Part shown: in pieces, positions 13,905-28,429 of the stretch | Position numbering within the stretch: position 1 is the first letter of the stretch | How the letters are laid out: every line of letters starts with the position of its first letter | From: Sminthopsis crassicaudata | Lineage: Eukaryota | NCBI RefSeq assembly: GCF_048593235.1 | Contig: NC_133617.1 | Location: forward strand, 267,862,937-267,926,936 | Reading direction: 5' to 3' | DNA: 64,000 nt | Made by a program: the position numbers and the translations under genes | The notes under the pieces: generated by a model | What the model was told of the DNA's origin: nothing | The model's database searches: none | Seen by the model: only the letters and a program-made list of their open reading frames with translations

Positions 13905-16900
13905 GTAAGAGTATTATTCTGATGAATGCGTTGATTAGTGGTTGGTAATTTCAGATAGCTATAAGATGCAACAGAAGCTCTCCATCTTTGTTAAAAAGAT
14001 GCCTTTTTAAGATGTCTCTATTTTTGACTGGGACCTTATTTTCAGAGAGCTGAAAGTCAGAGTCCAAGATTGAATGGAGTGTGCCACTCACTCATTCTGA
14101 CTAAAATTTTGTAGCTTTTGCCATAGGATCACAGGACTTAAGCCCAGAAAGGGAACTTAAGGGATCCTCTGATATCACAACCCTAATTTCACATGGCCTA
14201 GAGAGGTGTTTAAAAAATTATTTTAAAAAAAGCACCACAATAAATTCCAAAATTCCTTTTGAGAGTTTTTGAGTGATTTTTATCCCTATTCTTGGCATTA
14301 AAATATGACTAATGGTTTATAAAAATCATTTGTGTTTTTGGGCAGAAGTTCTTATAAAAATTAGTGTGCATCAGATTTAACTTTCTTAAAATTTTGTGAA
14401 GTAATCTTTTCACCATATGAAAAATTTAGACATAGAGCCATTTGTTATTAGCTCAGGAGCTTCTGTTGACTCATTATGAGACACTTTTGTGTAATGGCCA
14501 TCTGGGAATTAATGGACTTCTATTTTCTAAACAATTGGTTCAGCATAAAATTTTCTGAGTTATTTTCATTTATTTCTTGAGAAATAACATATGCATCAAT
14601 TGCAAAATTGTCCTTGAAATAAACATGAGAAATTTTAGTTCTCACAAACAGGGTACATGGCCTTCATTGATTGGGCTAAGAGAGATACTCAGTACACAAC
14701 AGCTAGAAACCATTTCCTTTTTAGGTTCCTTGGAATCATGCCAGTATGTTCTACCAGGATGCCCTGGAATATATCTTGTGTGACATCATAGTTATCAAAG
14801 AGTAGTTATCAGGGAGTCCTACTGCAATCAGAAACCAACTCCCAGAGACCTGGGTGACTTTTTCATTACTATATAATAGATTCTCAAAGATTTTTCAAAG
14901 AAAAACATTTCATTTTTGTTTTTTTCTTTCTCTAAGAGATTTGAAATAAAATACTTATAAGATACAGGGTGCATTGCAGAGTTGTAAGTACTTTGGTTTT
15001 TTTTCTTTAGCAAAGTTTCCTGTTATCTGTGACCTCACAAAATTATATTCTTTAAGATGATCTGAAAAAAAAAAACAGTAGGTTTTTTCTTTTTAAACAT
15101 AGCTTATCTAGTGATGGTATTATTCATTTAGGATAATCAAATGCTTTCCCTTTATTTTACAAAATTATTAAGGATATTAACAAGGTTAGTTGATTAATGA
15201 GATTTACTTGAGAAATTATAGTGAAAGAATGATTCTGAATTTTGTGTACTTGAGTGTTTTCTGAACCATGCTGCTTTTAATTAGGACATTTAAGACAACA
15301 TTTTATGCAACAGTAAAATTGCTTTAAAATTCAGAACTTGTTCTTGGAATTTTCTCAGAAAATACTAATTTACTATAAAGAATCATTATTAAATTTTTTA
15401 GCATTTTTATATCTTGGTTCTAGAACATATAACCAAGTTTGGTGGTTTCTTCTTTTTTCTTTTTTAAACTTTTTTTTAAAAGCATATCTTTGAGTTGGCA
15501 TTTTAATAAGTTATAGATTTAATAATTTATAGTAGCAGTAAAGAAAATAACTACACAAGGACATCTCTATTTTCAAAGAAGTACTTTTTCTTCATATATA
15601 CTGCTCAGGAAGTGATGCTACCAACTTGTTTATCATGGTTCTTCCTGTGACATGTGTGAAGGGTGGAAGTTAAACTTCTTGAATTCTGTGACTGTAATTT
15701 TTAAATCTTAGTAAATTGCATCTAGTGATATCTGGTTCCGAAGAAAATATCACAGAATGGTACAGTAGTGAGATAATGGAAACCAATTAGTTATTCGCTC
15801 CAGCATGACCATTGTACCTGTTAACCTTTTAAAAGCATTTAAAATACATTTCTACAGAGTAAGCCTTCTGTTGCTAATGAAACTAAAGTGTTTCACTGAT
15901 GCAGTTGTCAAAAATAAGCAAATTCTTCTATTTCATTCTTCCCTACAAAAGGATTGGATACAACATTGTGATAGGTACAACATTAAAAACATTAGTGTAG
16001 TATAGATATTTCAAAAGTTTTAATTGATGAAGAATCAATTTTTAGTACCTTGGATAAATGCCTTTTTGAGTATATAATTAAATGTCACAGAAGCACTGTA
16101 CCATGTTACATAATGTGGAAACTCTGGGACTTGAGTTCTAATTCTCTCATTGTGATTGACCCATTAATTGACTTTAGATAAATTAGGGGTGGGGGAGGGG
16201 GTAAATATAATTTATTTCTAAGTTTTTTATGAGTAATTTTACTTAATAAGTGATTCTAAACTATAAATTGCTAAGAAAAGGGATTTCTTAGTTTCCCTGA
16301 GAAAGAGTGTAATGTCACAGAAAGCTAATTCTGGAACCCCATTCCAGAAGATTTATGTGCTATAATTAAAAAAAAAAAAAAGAAATCATTGAGATGTGAT
16401 CACATAGTGTGGAATCCTAGAAAGTCTCCAATGTATTCTTAGCATCTAACTCTTCATCTAAATTTTATAGTCAACCTATCTCTATCCATAAAAATGTAAC
16501 AATTCTGTTTGGATGTATGGAAATTATAAAAAGTAATTTAAATCTAGGGATTCTGCTTCATTATATCCAAATCTAAAGTTTGTTCCATTCTTGATGTGCT
16601 GTGTTGAAGAATTGCCATTCCAGTGGAAAAACAGTCTGGGAATTTAATAGACATATTTGTCATGACATATTTGTCAGAGATATAGTAACTCAATTTGGAG
16701 GAGATTTAGTACCTGTTTCAATACTGTTATGTTCTTTCCATTCGCTACATGCTTAACAAATTCTTATATATGAGTTATAGAAGAATATGGTGGCGATTCA
16801 AAACTATATGCCATTATTTCCAATCCAAGTTTTCTTTTTTCTTTAGCTTGCACCCTCCAAACTCTTTATTTTCATTCATGAATATGCCATATTGGAATGC

Positions 16901-17323
16901 TGGGAAAAGGTCTGGGTTTGAATCCATGCTGCAAGTACTTACAAGCTACATAATGCTGAGCAATGCACTAAACAATGTCAGGCTGTTTTTTTTTAATCCT
17001 TAAAATGGGGATAATACTTGAAAGATTCACTCTACAAGCTGTTATGAAGCTCAACTTAGATACTGTATAGAAAGTGCTTTGGAACTTTTAAGTGTTATGT
17101 AAATGTCAGTAATTATTATAAAAGTAATGTTATTTTCATCTATGTTTAACTTAGATTAAAAAAAAAATCTTGTAGAAACTATTTAAAATTGAACCAAGAA
17201 CAAGAACTTTGGATTTTTAAATGATGATTTGTCAAAATTACTCTCAGCATGTACCACCCTCTTCCTTGCTTTCAACACACATGTGGAATATCAGTAATTT
17301 TTAATTTTTTTCTTTTCTTTTAG

Positions 17324-17461
17324 AAGAGACGCTCTAGCAGGCAGGTAAAGAGAAAGCGTTACACAGAAGACCTGGAGTTCAAGATTTCTGATGAGGAGGC
17401 AGATGATGCAGATGCTGCTGGGAGAGACTCCCCTTCAAACACCTCACAGTCCGAGCAGCAG
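17324..17461 (+). CDS. CHD7: CHD7 coding exon (human exon 5 equivalent)
   Basis: ttttag|AAG...CAG|gtcagc; 138 nt; [46 protein letters not shown]. Confidence 0.97.
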
Positions 17462-18527
17462 GTCAGCTTGTGGTTGTGAATAAATAAATGAAGATGAACT
17501 GTGAATTCCTTACGTGGAAGCTGAATAGTTTAATAGACGACTGGACTTAAAGCTTAGGGGTCTTCCTCCAATGGTGGTGTAATGTGCTAAGAGAACTGAG
17601 TTGTTTTGCTGTTTCCTTTAAAGAGCTATATTCACTCAAATTTATTTTTCTACAAGCCTGTGATATGTAATTTGACACAATTCTGGAGAATTAATGGTCT
17701 CTGCTGAGGAAAAAAAATCAGAACTAGGCTACAAGGAGACTGAATTTACCTCTGAGAATTCAGTGCTATAGCTTCTATGACTTTAATAAACCACTCAAGC
17801 TTGTCTCCTGCTGTTAGGCACCATAAGAACTCCTTTATGAAATTACAGCCTTGTAGTACCCAGCAGGGTCTACTTTATTCTCTGTGCAATGTAAATGATG
17901 GATAAAATAGTTTGTATAAAATGAGGGATAGTAATATACGAATGATTATTGTAAAGTTTGAGTTTTTTTTTTTTTTTAATAGCAGTATTGTACTTTAGTT
18001 AACAAACTGATATCCCATTGAAAAATATGTTAAATTCATGTCAGTGCTTTATTTGGTAATAGGGCCACTGTTAAACTGTTACATAATGTTTTATGTGATC
18101 CCTATAGATAAAAGATGCTTAGAATAGTAGAGTGATGACTACATTTACCCTATGAATGTAGATAAAGAAGTCATGTTTTCCATTGCAACCATGTGGAGAG
18201 TATTCTATATTGGCAGTTGCAGTTTTTTAATACTTGCTAGCTTTAGGAACTGGTGAGAGTCACATTATTAAACCACAACATACCTATGAAATAATAAACA
18301 CATGTATTTCTCCCCTTCTCTGTAGAGTTAATTTTCTTCGTATTTGCAGTGATCCTTACTTTAGTAATAGCTGGACTTACCATATATCAATGTCTAACAA
18401 GTACTGAATTTGAAGGGGTGAATTAGGAAGCAGCATGGAATGTTGACCTGTTTGCAAATGGCATAAAATCTTTTTGGTTTAAAAAAAAAAAAAGCATTCC
18501 AGTTGACTCATATATTTTATTTTTCAG

Positions 18528-18593
18528 GAATCTGTTGATGCAGAGGGTCCCGTAGTAGAGAAAATCATGAGTAGTCGATCAGTCAAAAAACAG
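18528..18593 (+). CDS. CHD7: CHD7 coding exon (human exon 6 equivalent); start of chromodomain 1
   Basis: tttcag|GAA...CAG|gtaaag; 66 nt; ESVDAEGPVVEKIMSSRSVKKQ. Confidence 0.96.
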
Positions 18594-19645
18594 GTAAAGA
18601 AAATTTGAACAATGAGCTTATTCCTAAAATAGGCTCTTGTTGATGTTACTTCCTCTTCCTTTTCTCCCCAGTCCTCTGTTTCACCCAAATCCATTTTGGA
18701 AGGAACCTTGATATCCAGATAATTGAACATGTTACTCCTCCTCAACAAAAAGGCACCCCTTATTGCTTATGCTGGGTTAGAGGGGATGACCTTGGGATTC
18801 TCAAAGGCTATTCCAGTGGAGCATATGTTCTTTTAGGTTCTATCAGGTTGGAAAATCTGTTGAGTATAGACTGTATGTCCTTATCTGAGACATTAAACCT
18901 GCTGTTCAGAACCAATCTAACCAAATTTGGAGAGGCTCATTATCAGAAGATTTGCCACCAAGAGATAAGTTATATTGACCACATCAATTTAAAAAGACTT
19001 CATACTAACAATTAGAGAGGTTACAATCTATTATAATTGAGGAAATGTCCACATTGGTGAAATAGTCCTTTGTAACATCTAGTTCTATAATTTTTTTATT
19101 CTGTCACATTTCCCCATCCTCCAACCCCTGACCAATGTGGGTGGGATATGGCTAAGAAAGAGAACGTATGGTATATTTTGTGTATGATATTTGTCTTGCA
19201 CATATGTATTTTTAATGGATTATAAGTCTTATAGGGAAATCTAGAATTAGGATGTTTTCATTCAAATGTTATCTTGCTTTTCAGTTTTTAGACTTCAATC
19301 TGTTTATCTAAGTTGATTGGAGATGATTCTCTTTACCATGTTTTGTATTTTGGTGGGAGTGGGGAGTGGTAATAGTAGTAGGGGATGTGAAGTGGGAAGT
19401 TCTTTGTATTATACTTTTAGTCAACAAGATTTTTCACTATTCCTTTCCCCCACTTTTTGTGAGTCTTTTTACTTATACCAATGAAATTTTTATTACTGTC
19501 TCTACTGTTACTGTGGAGGTGGAATACATGACTATTTCTAATGTAAATTCAGATGACAGTGTGACTCATTCTGAAGCATTTAGAGATGTACAAAGTTCAT
19601 GTACATATGACAAAGTGATCCGGGTGCACTTATAAAACTAGCCCC

Positions 19646-19646
<1 letters not shown>

Positions 19647-19677
<31 letters not shown>
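19647..19677. repeat. (AAT)n microsatellite
   Basis: aataataataat... about 10 units. Confidence 0.9.
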
Positions 19678-19680
<3 letters not shown>

Positions 19681-20999
19681 TTGGAAATGAATTTTTTTTA
19701 TAATTTTAGTTCTAAGTACCTCATTTCAGATGACTTCTTGTTCAAACAAGAGAAAACAGTTTGAATAAATGTTCTACTTAGCTTAAATCATCATGTACTT
19801 TTAAGAGTTCCCTTAGATATACCCAACATCTAAACTTTCCTGCTTCAGTTGAGATTATTTCCCTTCTCTCCATTACTGAGGTTGATAACCTTGAAATTTT
19901 GCATAACTTTCCCTTCTTTCTCATCTTCTATAATCAATCACTTGACAAGTTTTCCAAGTCTATATTTCTTGAATCTGCCCCTTTGATTCTGCTCACAAGG
20001 CTACCATCTTTGGTTGGGCCTTCCTCATTTCTCCTATATTTTTGTAAGTCTCTTATTTGGTCACCCTGCTTTCAGTTTTTCTTTTCTTCAATACCTCTTT
20101 AAAGCTACATAATATAACTATCCCAAAAAGCAATAGCAAAATATGTGTGGAGGGAAATATACATTGACTCTTTGGAAATATTAAAAAACCAAACATGAAT
20201 ATCTGAATTTTGATCTCTTCTTATAAAACAAGTTATGAATCAGGGTAAAAAAATTTTTTTTCAATGAAAACTTAGCATTATTTACTCTAAAAAGGCTGTA
20301 TTTCTGTTTCATTAAGGCTTATAGTGCCAGTTTATTTAAGAATTGTAGAGTTTTGGGAAAATATTGCATACTTGACCTAGCTTTAAAGAATAATCTCCTT
20401 CAGCGAGTCAAGTGACTCATTTGCCTAAGTAGCATCTTGTTTGGATAGAACAAATCAATTTTGATTTAGTTGATAGTGCTTCAGTAGTCATATCCAGCAG
20501 GTTTGGTGTTTCAGATTATAATTAGGCCACAATTATTCAGTAGCTAATTATTCATTCTTTGGATTATATAGGGCATTGTTTCTCTTTTCTCCTATTTTAC
20601 CTATATTTTTATCTTTTCATTATTCATTAGCAACCCCAGTAAAAGAAAAGTGGGCTTTAGAGGTAGTAGTGGTGGTAGAATTTAAGAATAGGTATATGCT
20701 CTTCACAAAATTTACAGTTTAATAGAGATAATAAAATCAATATCAATATATATGTCAGAGAGGAATATGGAGGTAGCATTGATGAGAATGAAGAAATCTA
20801 TTCAAATGACTTCTGTTAGCAAATACTTATCAAATATCTACTATGTGCTTATAAAATATTTATGATTACAAATACAGAGAATTAAATATTCCCTATTTGT
20901 AAGAATTTAGAGTATTTGTCTTGAGGACAAATCATAGTAAAAATATAAATAGAAAGTGAATAAATTCAAAAATATACAAAGGAGTTAAATATGAAATAG

Positions 21000-21450
21000 T
21001 TTCAGAGAGAAGGAACTGGCAGTTAGGGTGATCAAGAAAGGCATCATATAAGAGATAGTGCTTGAGCTACATCTTAAAGGAAGAGAGATTCTGTGAGGTG
21101 AGATCAGGCATGAAACATGGCCACCACAGAGCAAACAGATCAGAAAGGAAATGTCATAGTAAGTGGAACAGAGAAGATCAATGTGGTTGGATGGCAGCAT
21201 ATAAGAATGAGAATAATGACCATTGAGGCTAGAAAGATAGGTGAGGGTCAGGTTGTGAAGGACTTAAGCTAAACAAAGGTATTTATATGGAGAGTCATTG
21301 CACTTGAGTGAGTAGGGGTGTTGCCCCTCACTAGCCTTAAGAAAAATTGCTTTGGAAGCTTTGTGTAGATGGACGGAAATGAGGGATTTGAGGCAGGGAG
21401 ACCAATTAGGAGGCTTTTGTAGTCATCTGGGTGAGGGTCACAAAGGCTTG
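21000..21450 (+). mobile_element. Decayed L2-like LINE fragment
   Basis: Contains ggagaccaattaggaggcttttgtagtcatctgggtgagg and other L2-like 3' text; recognised by eye. Confidence 0.5.
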
Positions 21451-23584
21451 AACTAAGATGGTAGTAGATGGATCAGTGATTTAGAGCTGAAAGGAAAGGA
21501 CTTTGTAGGTCATCCTCTCAGTTTATAAAGGAAGAAGCTGAGGACCAAAAAGATTAAATTAAGAGATTTGTCACACAGTAAATGACAAAACTAGGATTCC
21601 AATCTGGTACTCTGACTCCAAATTCAGTATTTTTCTTCACATCTTGTTTTCCCTAAATGGGCTGTAACTTAAGGGATTAAAAAATAGAATTATTATTTAA
21701 TGCCTTGAGACCAAGCAGTTCAGAGAGTACAGACCAAATAGAGATTCAGAAAGGCCCTGGAACTACAATTTTTATTGGTATGGGGAAACCTTTAGATGAA
21801 ATCCCTCTTTCCAGGACAGGTCAGCACTTTCTCTGTAACAGCACAGTAACAGGGAGTTGCTTATATTACTGAGAGTGTAGGCCCACAGTTACACAAGTAA
21901 CTGAATCTACTGATTCACAGATGGTACTTGAGCTCAGATCTATCTGATTCCATATTAGGAATTGAAAGTATAAGAATAAGGTGCTGAGAACTTTAATTAA
22001 GTGATCCCTTCTAAAATATAAGCTGCTTTAGGAAGAGATAAGGTCTTTTTTATACTTTTATCTTCCACTGCCCCTCACATAGCCCCTTAAATACAGTCAA
22101 CAGATACTTTATGAATGAATGATGAAATCCAACTAGTGTCTAAGTTTTTTGTTGATAGGAATTATTTCATACAACTTAAAAAAATAATTTCAATTTCTGT
22201 CACTGTGCTGAGATTGATTGTGTGCTCGATAAAATAATTTTATCACTTAATTATATTTGGAGAAAACATTAGAAATTACTATTTGCTTACAAATTCTCTT
22301 ACTAAAGGACTGTTCTTTCTGCTCACTAATCCTAGAATCTTTCGCTTCCATGGCTTTCTGTTCCTTACTTGTGAATCTTGATCCTCAGCATTGATTTCTC
22401 TTCTGTTCTAGGGCTCCTGGACATCACTGGAAAAGTCTGTCTAAAATAAAAAATCAAGCTTACTTACTTCATCTCCTTTCTAACCTCAGTTGGGCTCTTG
22501 CTGAAGTTTGGCAGTTCTATTTACTCGATGCCTATTGATTCTCTATTTCATTCCTTATTGACTTCCAAAATTCCTTTCCTTTTTCCTCCTTGAGGTATTT
22601 AGCTAGGGACTCCTTCAGCCACCCTCCCTCGTTCTTCCTATCATGAGATACTTTTCTTAGAAAAAGATACTTCTGTTCTTATTCTTGCCTTTGATCCCAT
22701 TTGCTCCTATATCCACAAGGACCAAGTTCCAATAAATATTGCTTTTTTATCACACATCTTCTGTCTCTCACCATTTTGCCTTACAGACATATTCAGCTCT
22801 TTTAAATCTCAAACTCCTCATCTCAAGAAGTTTACCTTCTATTAGGGGGTTGGGGGAGGGGAGAGAGAGAGAAAGGGAGGGAGGGAGGGAGGAAGAGAGG
22901 GGAAGGAGAGGGGGGGAGGAGTGTGTGTGTGTATATACACATACAGAGAATACACATAAAAATAAAAGTTAAAAAAATAAATACACATAAATATAAAATA
23001 GCTAAATAAATGTCAGTTAGTCAGGGAGAGTGCTGTCAGTTGGGTAACCAGGAAAGGACTTCATGTAGAAAGTTGTACTTGATCAGTATCCTAGAGAGAT
23101 CCCATGAGGCAGATATGATGAGAAACTGCATTCCAGTCATGGAATTGGATGGGGGTGGGAGATAAGGGGGTGGGGAAGACTAGTGCAAAGGCACAGAAAG
23201 AAAGGAAATGAAGTGACATGTAGAGAAGAGAGAAAATCTGGTTTGGCTGGAACATCTGACATTTAGAACTAAACTAGATTGCAATCTCCTCCATGAATTT
23301 TTTCCTTGATTTTTGTGAAAAAACAGTCAATTAAAACAAACAAACAAACAAACAAACCTTCCCCTCAGATCAGAACTTCTTATTTTAAGAAGTTCTTTGA
23401 TGAACTTATTATATTATAATATTATACAATATAGTTAGCTGCCATGTCTTCCTACTGAGGTTTAAACTTCATGGGGGAAGGAATTATCTTATGTTAAAAT
23501 ATTGCCTTTGCCCAATGCCTAACATGGTACTCTGTGCACAGTCAATATGAACCTATTATATGTTTTGCTATTATTGTTCATTTA

Positions 23585-23818
23585 TTTCAGTTATGTTTGA
23601 CTCTTCATGACCCCATTCGAGGTTTTCTTGACAAAGATACTGGAGTGTTTTGCTATTTACTTCACCAGCTTATTTTATAAGTGAGGAAATAGAGGCACAG
23701 TTAAGTGACTTGTCCAGGATCACCAGCTAGTAAGTGTTTGATGCTGAATTTGAACTCGTGAAGATGAGTCTTTCTGATTTTAGTCTAGCAGTGTATCCAA
23801 TAGAACACCTAGCTGCCC
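23585..23818 (-). mobile_element. MAR1-type marsupial SINE (tRNA/CORE head, RTE-derived tail)
   Basis: gttatgtttgactcttcatgaccccatt...ttttcttgacaaagatactggagtg...ttaagtgacttgtccaggatcac...acacctagctgcccc. Confidence 0.8.
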
Positions 23819-23991
23819 CTCTGTTGAATGAATGAACACTTTTTATTAGCAGTTTTAATTAGGCTTGCTAGAGGGAGAGGGTTGCAAATTCATGTTAAAG
23901 TAACATTTGAAGGCTTTGTGTATATTATAGTTGTTGATCCTATTGTCTTTTCCCTTATTATGGATAATTGTTTCATAAGAAGTCAATTAAA

Positions 23992-24141
23992 GGGGCAGCT
24001 AAATGATGCTGTGGAGAGAGTACCAGCCCTAAAGTCAGAAGGACTTGAGTTCAAATTTGGCCTCAGATACTTATACTTCCCACCTGTGTGACCTTGGACA
24101 TGTCACTTAACCCCAATTGCCTCAGCAAAAAAAAAAAAAAA
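23992..24141 (+). mobile_element. WSINE1-type CORE-SINE with poly(A) and TSD
   Basis: GGGGCAGCTA head, B-box-like GAGTTCAAAT, tgtgtgaccttgg core, ends ccccaattgcctcagc-A(n). 12-bp TSD AAGTCAATTAAA at 23980-23991 and 24142-24153. Confidence 0.9.
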
Positions 24142-25689
24142 AAGTCAATTAAAACCTTTAAGAAATTTTACTTTCTATTGGTAACATTCTTGACATAAAG
24201 ATTTTGGTTCTATAAAGAAAAAAAATGAAAGTAATACCTGCACTCACGCAAATAGTCTGGGTTCTACTTAATGCAAAAAATATAAAAATAGTTTCTGGGG
24301 TTTGGGACAGAGAGAAAAGGAGATCAGGATAGCCTTTAGTTTATCCTTGAATGTAATCTGTGGGTTCTAGGAAGTAGAGGTGGTGAAGGGGAGCATTGTA
24401 TGGAGGCATTTTTGAAATGAAAATGGGAGATGCAATATTTTAAATGAGGAGGAGCAAGTAGTCTATATTGCCAGAAATGTAGAATGTATGAGAGAAAATA
24501 GTTTAAAATCAGTTTGGCAAAAATAGCTTTTAAAAAATTACTCTAATACTAGTTTTGTTGTTTTGCTATATATGGCTTTTATTTCCTCTTTTGTGACTCT
24601 CTAAATTGGTAATAAATTAAGTGCTTAAGAAAGGCTAATGGGTTTTAGGCCCCATTTTAGTATGAAAAGGAGCTGATTTGCTTTCCTGGATAGCTCCAAC
24701 AGTAATGACAGTTTGCTTCATGGTGTTTGGGACTTTTCAATTTAAATGGAAAACTGAGCATTAGAATTTCAGTTCATGGTATCCATTTTTAAGTTAAAAA
24801 TATTTAAATATTGGATTGCTGCTTTTTTTGTTGTTGTTGGCAATAAGACCATAGAACACTAAATTTTTGTTCACAGGGATTAACTCAAATACACAGCAGC
24901 TTTTTAAAACATTATTTTGACTAGTTCTTATGTTTTGGAAATTTAGTCATTACATAGGAGATGTCCTGGACTATTTCTAAGTATTAATTGGAAGCACTTA
25001 TAGCACAAAATGCTCTCTTTGATCTGTGTGGGTAGCTGTAGTAGAGAGAATACTGAAATTCAAATGAGGCAACATTGGTTTATATCCTAGCTCTGCCAAT
25101 TCTAGTGATGTGACTCTAGGTAAGCCATGTCATTTCTGCAAGAGCTCATTTCCTATCTATAAAATGAGGATACTGTTTGCCATTCTTTCCCACAATTTAG
25201 TAAAACTAACATTTATTGAGCACCTGTATGTGGAAGATGCTATGTAGGTACAAAGACAAAAGCAGTTCCTGTTCTAAAGGAACTTGTATGGTGTTTAACC
25301 ATAGGTTATTTATGAAGATCAAATGAGATCAGTTGTCTTGGTCTTTGAGATGATTGTGTCAGCTGCAGATGCTTCTTAAAATAGAGCTAAATTCTATGTT
25401 TGTGTTTATGGCATGTACCCATACTTTTTAAGCATTTTAGGACTCTGGTGCTTCACATAGATCACAAGCCAAAATGCAGTGGCCAGTGGAGGCAGGAAAA
25501 TAAATATTGATGATAGGAAATATGATGGTCATGGGTTCATCAAATCATAAATCTAGGGTTTTTGTGGGAAATTTTCACTGAGCTCCAATGAACAGACTAC
25601 AGAGTGCCTGGCATATAGAAGTTCCTGATAAATGGTACGAAGGAAGGAAATCAGACTTCAGTTAGTTTATTTAAACTTTGTAACATATC

Positions 25690-25910
25690 CAAAAGGCAGC
25701 TAGATGGCACAGTGGATAGAACACTAATATCAGGAAGACCTGAGCTCAAATCAGGTCTCAGATACTTAGTAGCTGTGTGACCTTGGGCAAGTCATTTAAC
25801 CTCTATTGGGATAATAAACAGCATTTACCACACAGTTATTTTGAGGATCAGATGAGGTAATATTTGTAAAGCACTTGGCACAGTGCATAGTAGATGTTTA
25901 ATAAATACAA
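25690..25910 (+). mobile_element. MIR/CORE-SINE
   Basis: aggcagctagatggcacagtggatag...gagctcaaat...tgtgtgaccttgggcaagtcatttaacctct...gatcagatgaggtaatatttgtaaagcactt. Confidence 0.75.
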
Positions 25911-27379
25911 TTTCCTTTCTTCCAATAAGATGACTTCCAACTGACTTTTCCATTTTCAAATTGGAATTATATAAATGAATAAATCTTAAAGCACAGGGCA
26001 CAACAGAAGAAGAGTGGGGGAGATGAAAAGTAAAATGAGTTTTGGAGAAATTATTATCCAAATGGATGACTTAACTTTTGTTTCCATAATTTGAAGTTCC
26101 TTCTGCTGGGTCACCAAGTATGTAGGGAACACATTTCTTTTTATTTATTTCAGCAAAGATTAACAGTCTGCAACAAAGATGGCCTACCTCCTTTTACATT
26201 TATTGTAGAATACATCCTTCATCATGGGGGTAGGGCATACTAACACTGTGACATTTTATTAACTGGCCATTGTGGTAGTCATTCATTTTCTATGGAGCCA
26301 CTAATAGTTATTGGTCATACTGTGGACCCTTATTCCAGTCCCTTTTTGGTAGAATCTTCAGACTTCTTTGTGTTCTTCACCCATTTGTTCTTACATTTCT
26401 TCACAAAAGCCACATGATAACCTTACACCATAGCTTGGCCATCCTTTTAATAGAATATAAAGACAATTCCTAAACATCTGTAAATACTATTCATTTTTAC
26501 ATCCATATCCTATCTTATCACACCTTCTAAAAGAAAATGAGCACATCTTAATCTGCTTAACACTGAAACCAAATTGTAGGAGAAGGAAAGAACCTCAAAG
26601 ATTGAGACACAAACTTAAAATAACAAAGTATTGTTATCTCCCATAAATACATGCTAGTATTCCTGAAATGGGAGATGTTACAGACAGTTTTAAGTTTGAA
26701 TATCCTTGTTTTTAATGCCATATATTACATGTCATCCTTACTTGAATGCAGTATTTTGGGTGTTAATTTAATTTGGCTGCTATGTACGTGTGACATCTTG
26801 TTGGAGAAAATTTAATTGTACTACTGAGTAAAACTAAAGCCATGCATAGTGATGCATTAAAATTATAGCACAAGAACGGGCATTAGTTTTATGTGTTTTT
26901 TGTTTAGAGTTATTAACTATATGAGGACTAAACTTGCTTTAAACTATTTTAAAACATTACAAAACCCACAATGTAAAGTTGCCATGAGCCAGCCAAAAAT
27001 AATACATATGGCATTTAGGAGTACAGTTGCTAATTGGCTACTGCCTGAGAAAATGGTACACTTGGCGTCTACTTAACGCTGTGGGTTTGGCAGAAAGCCA
27101 GATTTGGGGTCAAGTTGTTGTGAATGAAGCTGCATGTGGTTAGGGAGGAGTTAAAATGATTCATGTCTTAGAAGTTAGAGTAGGCAGAGGATAAGCTGTT
27201 GTAGGGAACGCTTTACACATACAAGCATTCCATCTTACTCTTCTCCATTGAACTACAGCATACTTTTTTTTCCCTGAAAGGTGAAAGCATTCTATCCTTT
27301 GGTGGGAGGGGATAATTAAGCTGCTAAATGTCTCAGTAGATGATTTTAGGCATATTGCTGAAAATTTCTTTTGTTGCAG

Positions 27380-27435
27380 AAGGAGTCTGGAGAAGAGGTG
27401 GAAGTAGAGGAATTCTATGTGAAATACAAAAACTT
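27380..27435 (+). CDS. CHD7: CHD7 coding exon (human exon 7 equivalent); chromodomain 1
   Basis: ttgcag|AAG...TT|gtaagt; 56 nt; KESGEEVEVEEFYVKYKN(F). Confidence 0.96.
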
Positions 27436-28429
27436 GTAAGTAAATTGTTATTCTGGGGACAAGGGCAGTCATTTTGAAAATTTCAATCATTTTGTACAAA
27501 TAATGTTTTGACTATTGATCACATAAATTTATTTTTATCTGACCAATATTAATTCTTTGGTGACTTAAACTTCTGTGAGAAGCAAAATGCATGAGATTTT
27601 TAAAGCATTTCTTATGAATTGTTTTCTTTGAAAAGTCTCTAATTGGTGTATAATGAATGTTTGCTAATATCCTTGCCTAATAAATGAGAAGAATTTATAG
27701 GAAAAAAATCAGCTTAGTAAAAATGAATGAAAGAAGCTCTGTACTACAATTTCTCCCCAACCTCACTAATAAGCATATTGAAAGATAAGCTTTCTAAATG
27801 AACTTAAGTATTAAAGAAGGATATACAAAAGGAATTGCATCATTGGAGGTATTGAATTCAGTGGGCCAAATTTTATAGCTATTAATGGGCAAAAGAATAG
27901 GGTATGAGTAGGAAACAAAAATAATGCTAAGCTGATCTGATTAAGAAATACCGTAAAAACAAAACAATAACACAAAACAAAATGGTCATTTTTGCTCCCT
28001 AAGAGAAAAGGTAGAAATACTGATTCAAGGTAGCAATTAGAAAAACTGGTTATTCTCTGTAATTGGCTAACTACTATAAAGAGATCATCTTGGACAAGGT
28101 TAATTTCTCTGGACATTGGTAGCCACGAGTAACTTTAGTGTAATTTTTAGCAGTTTAGGTAACCTAAATATTATACTTCACTTGAGAAAATATCAGAAAA
28201 TTATCAAGATCTAATATCAGTTTAAAAAAAAAGAATAACTTTTAATAAATATGTTAGATTATGACTATTAATAACTACATTAGTATTTTAAATTCTGAAG
28301 ATTTTCCAAGATGTTATAACCTGGTATTATCAAATTAGATGGTAGAATCAAGATCTTTAAAAAAAAAAAAAATCTCAACAGGTTAGAATTACAACACAAA
28401 CTTAATAAAATGAAATTTCATAAATGTAA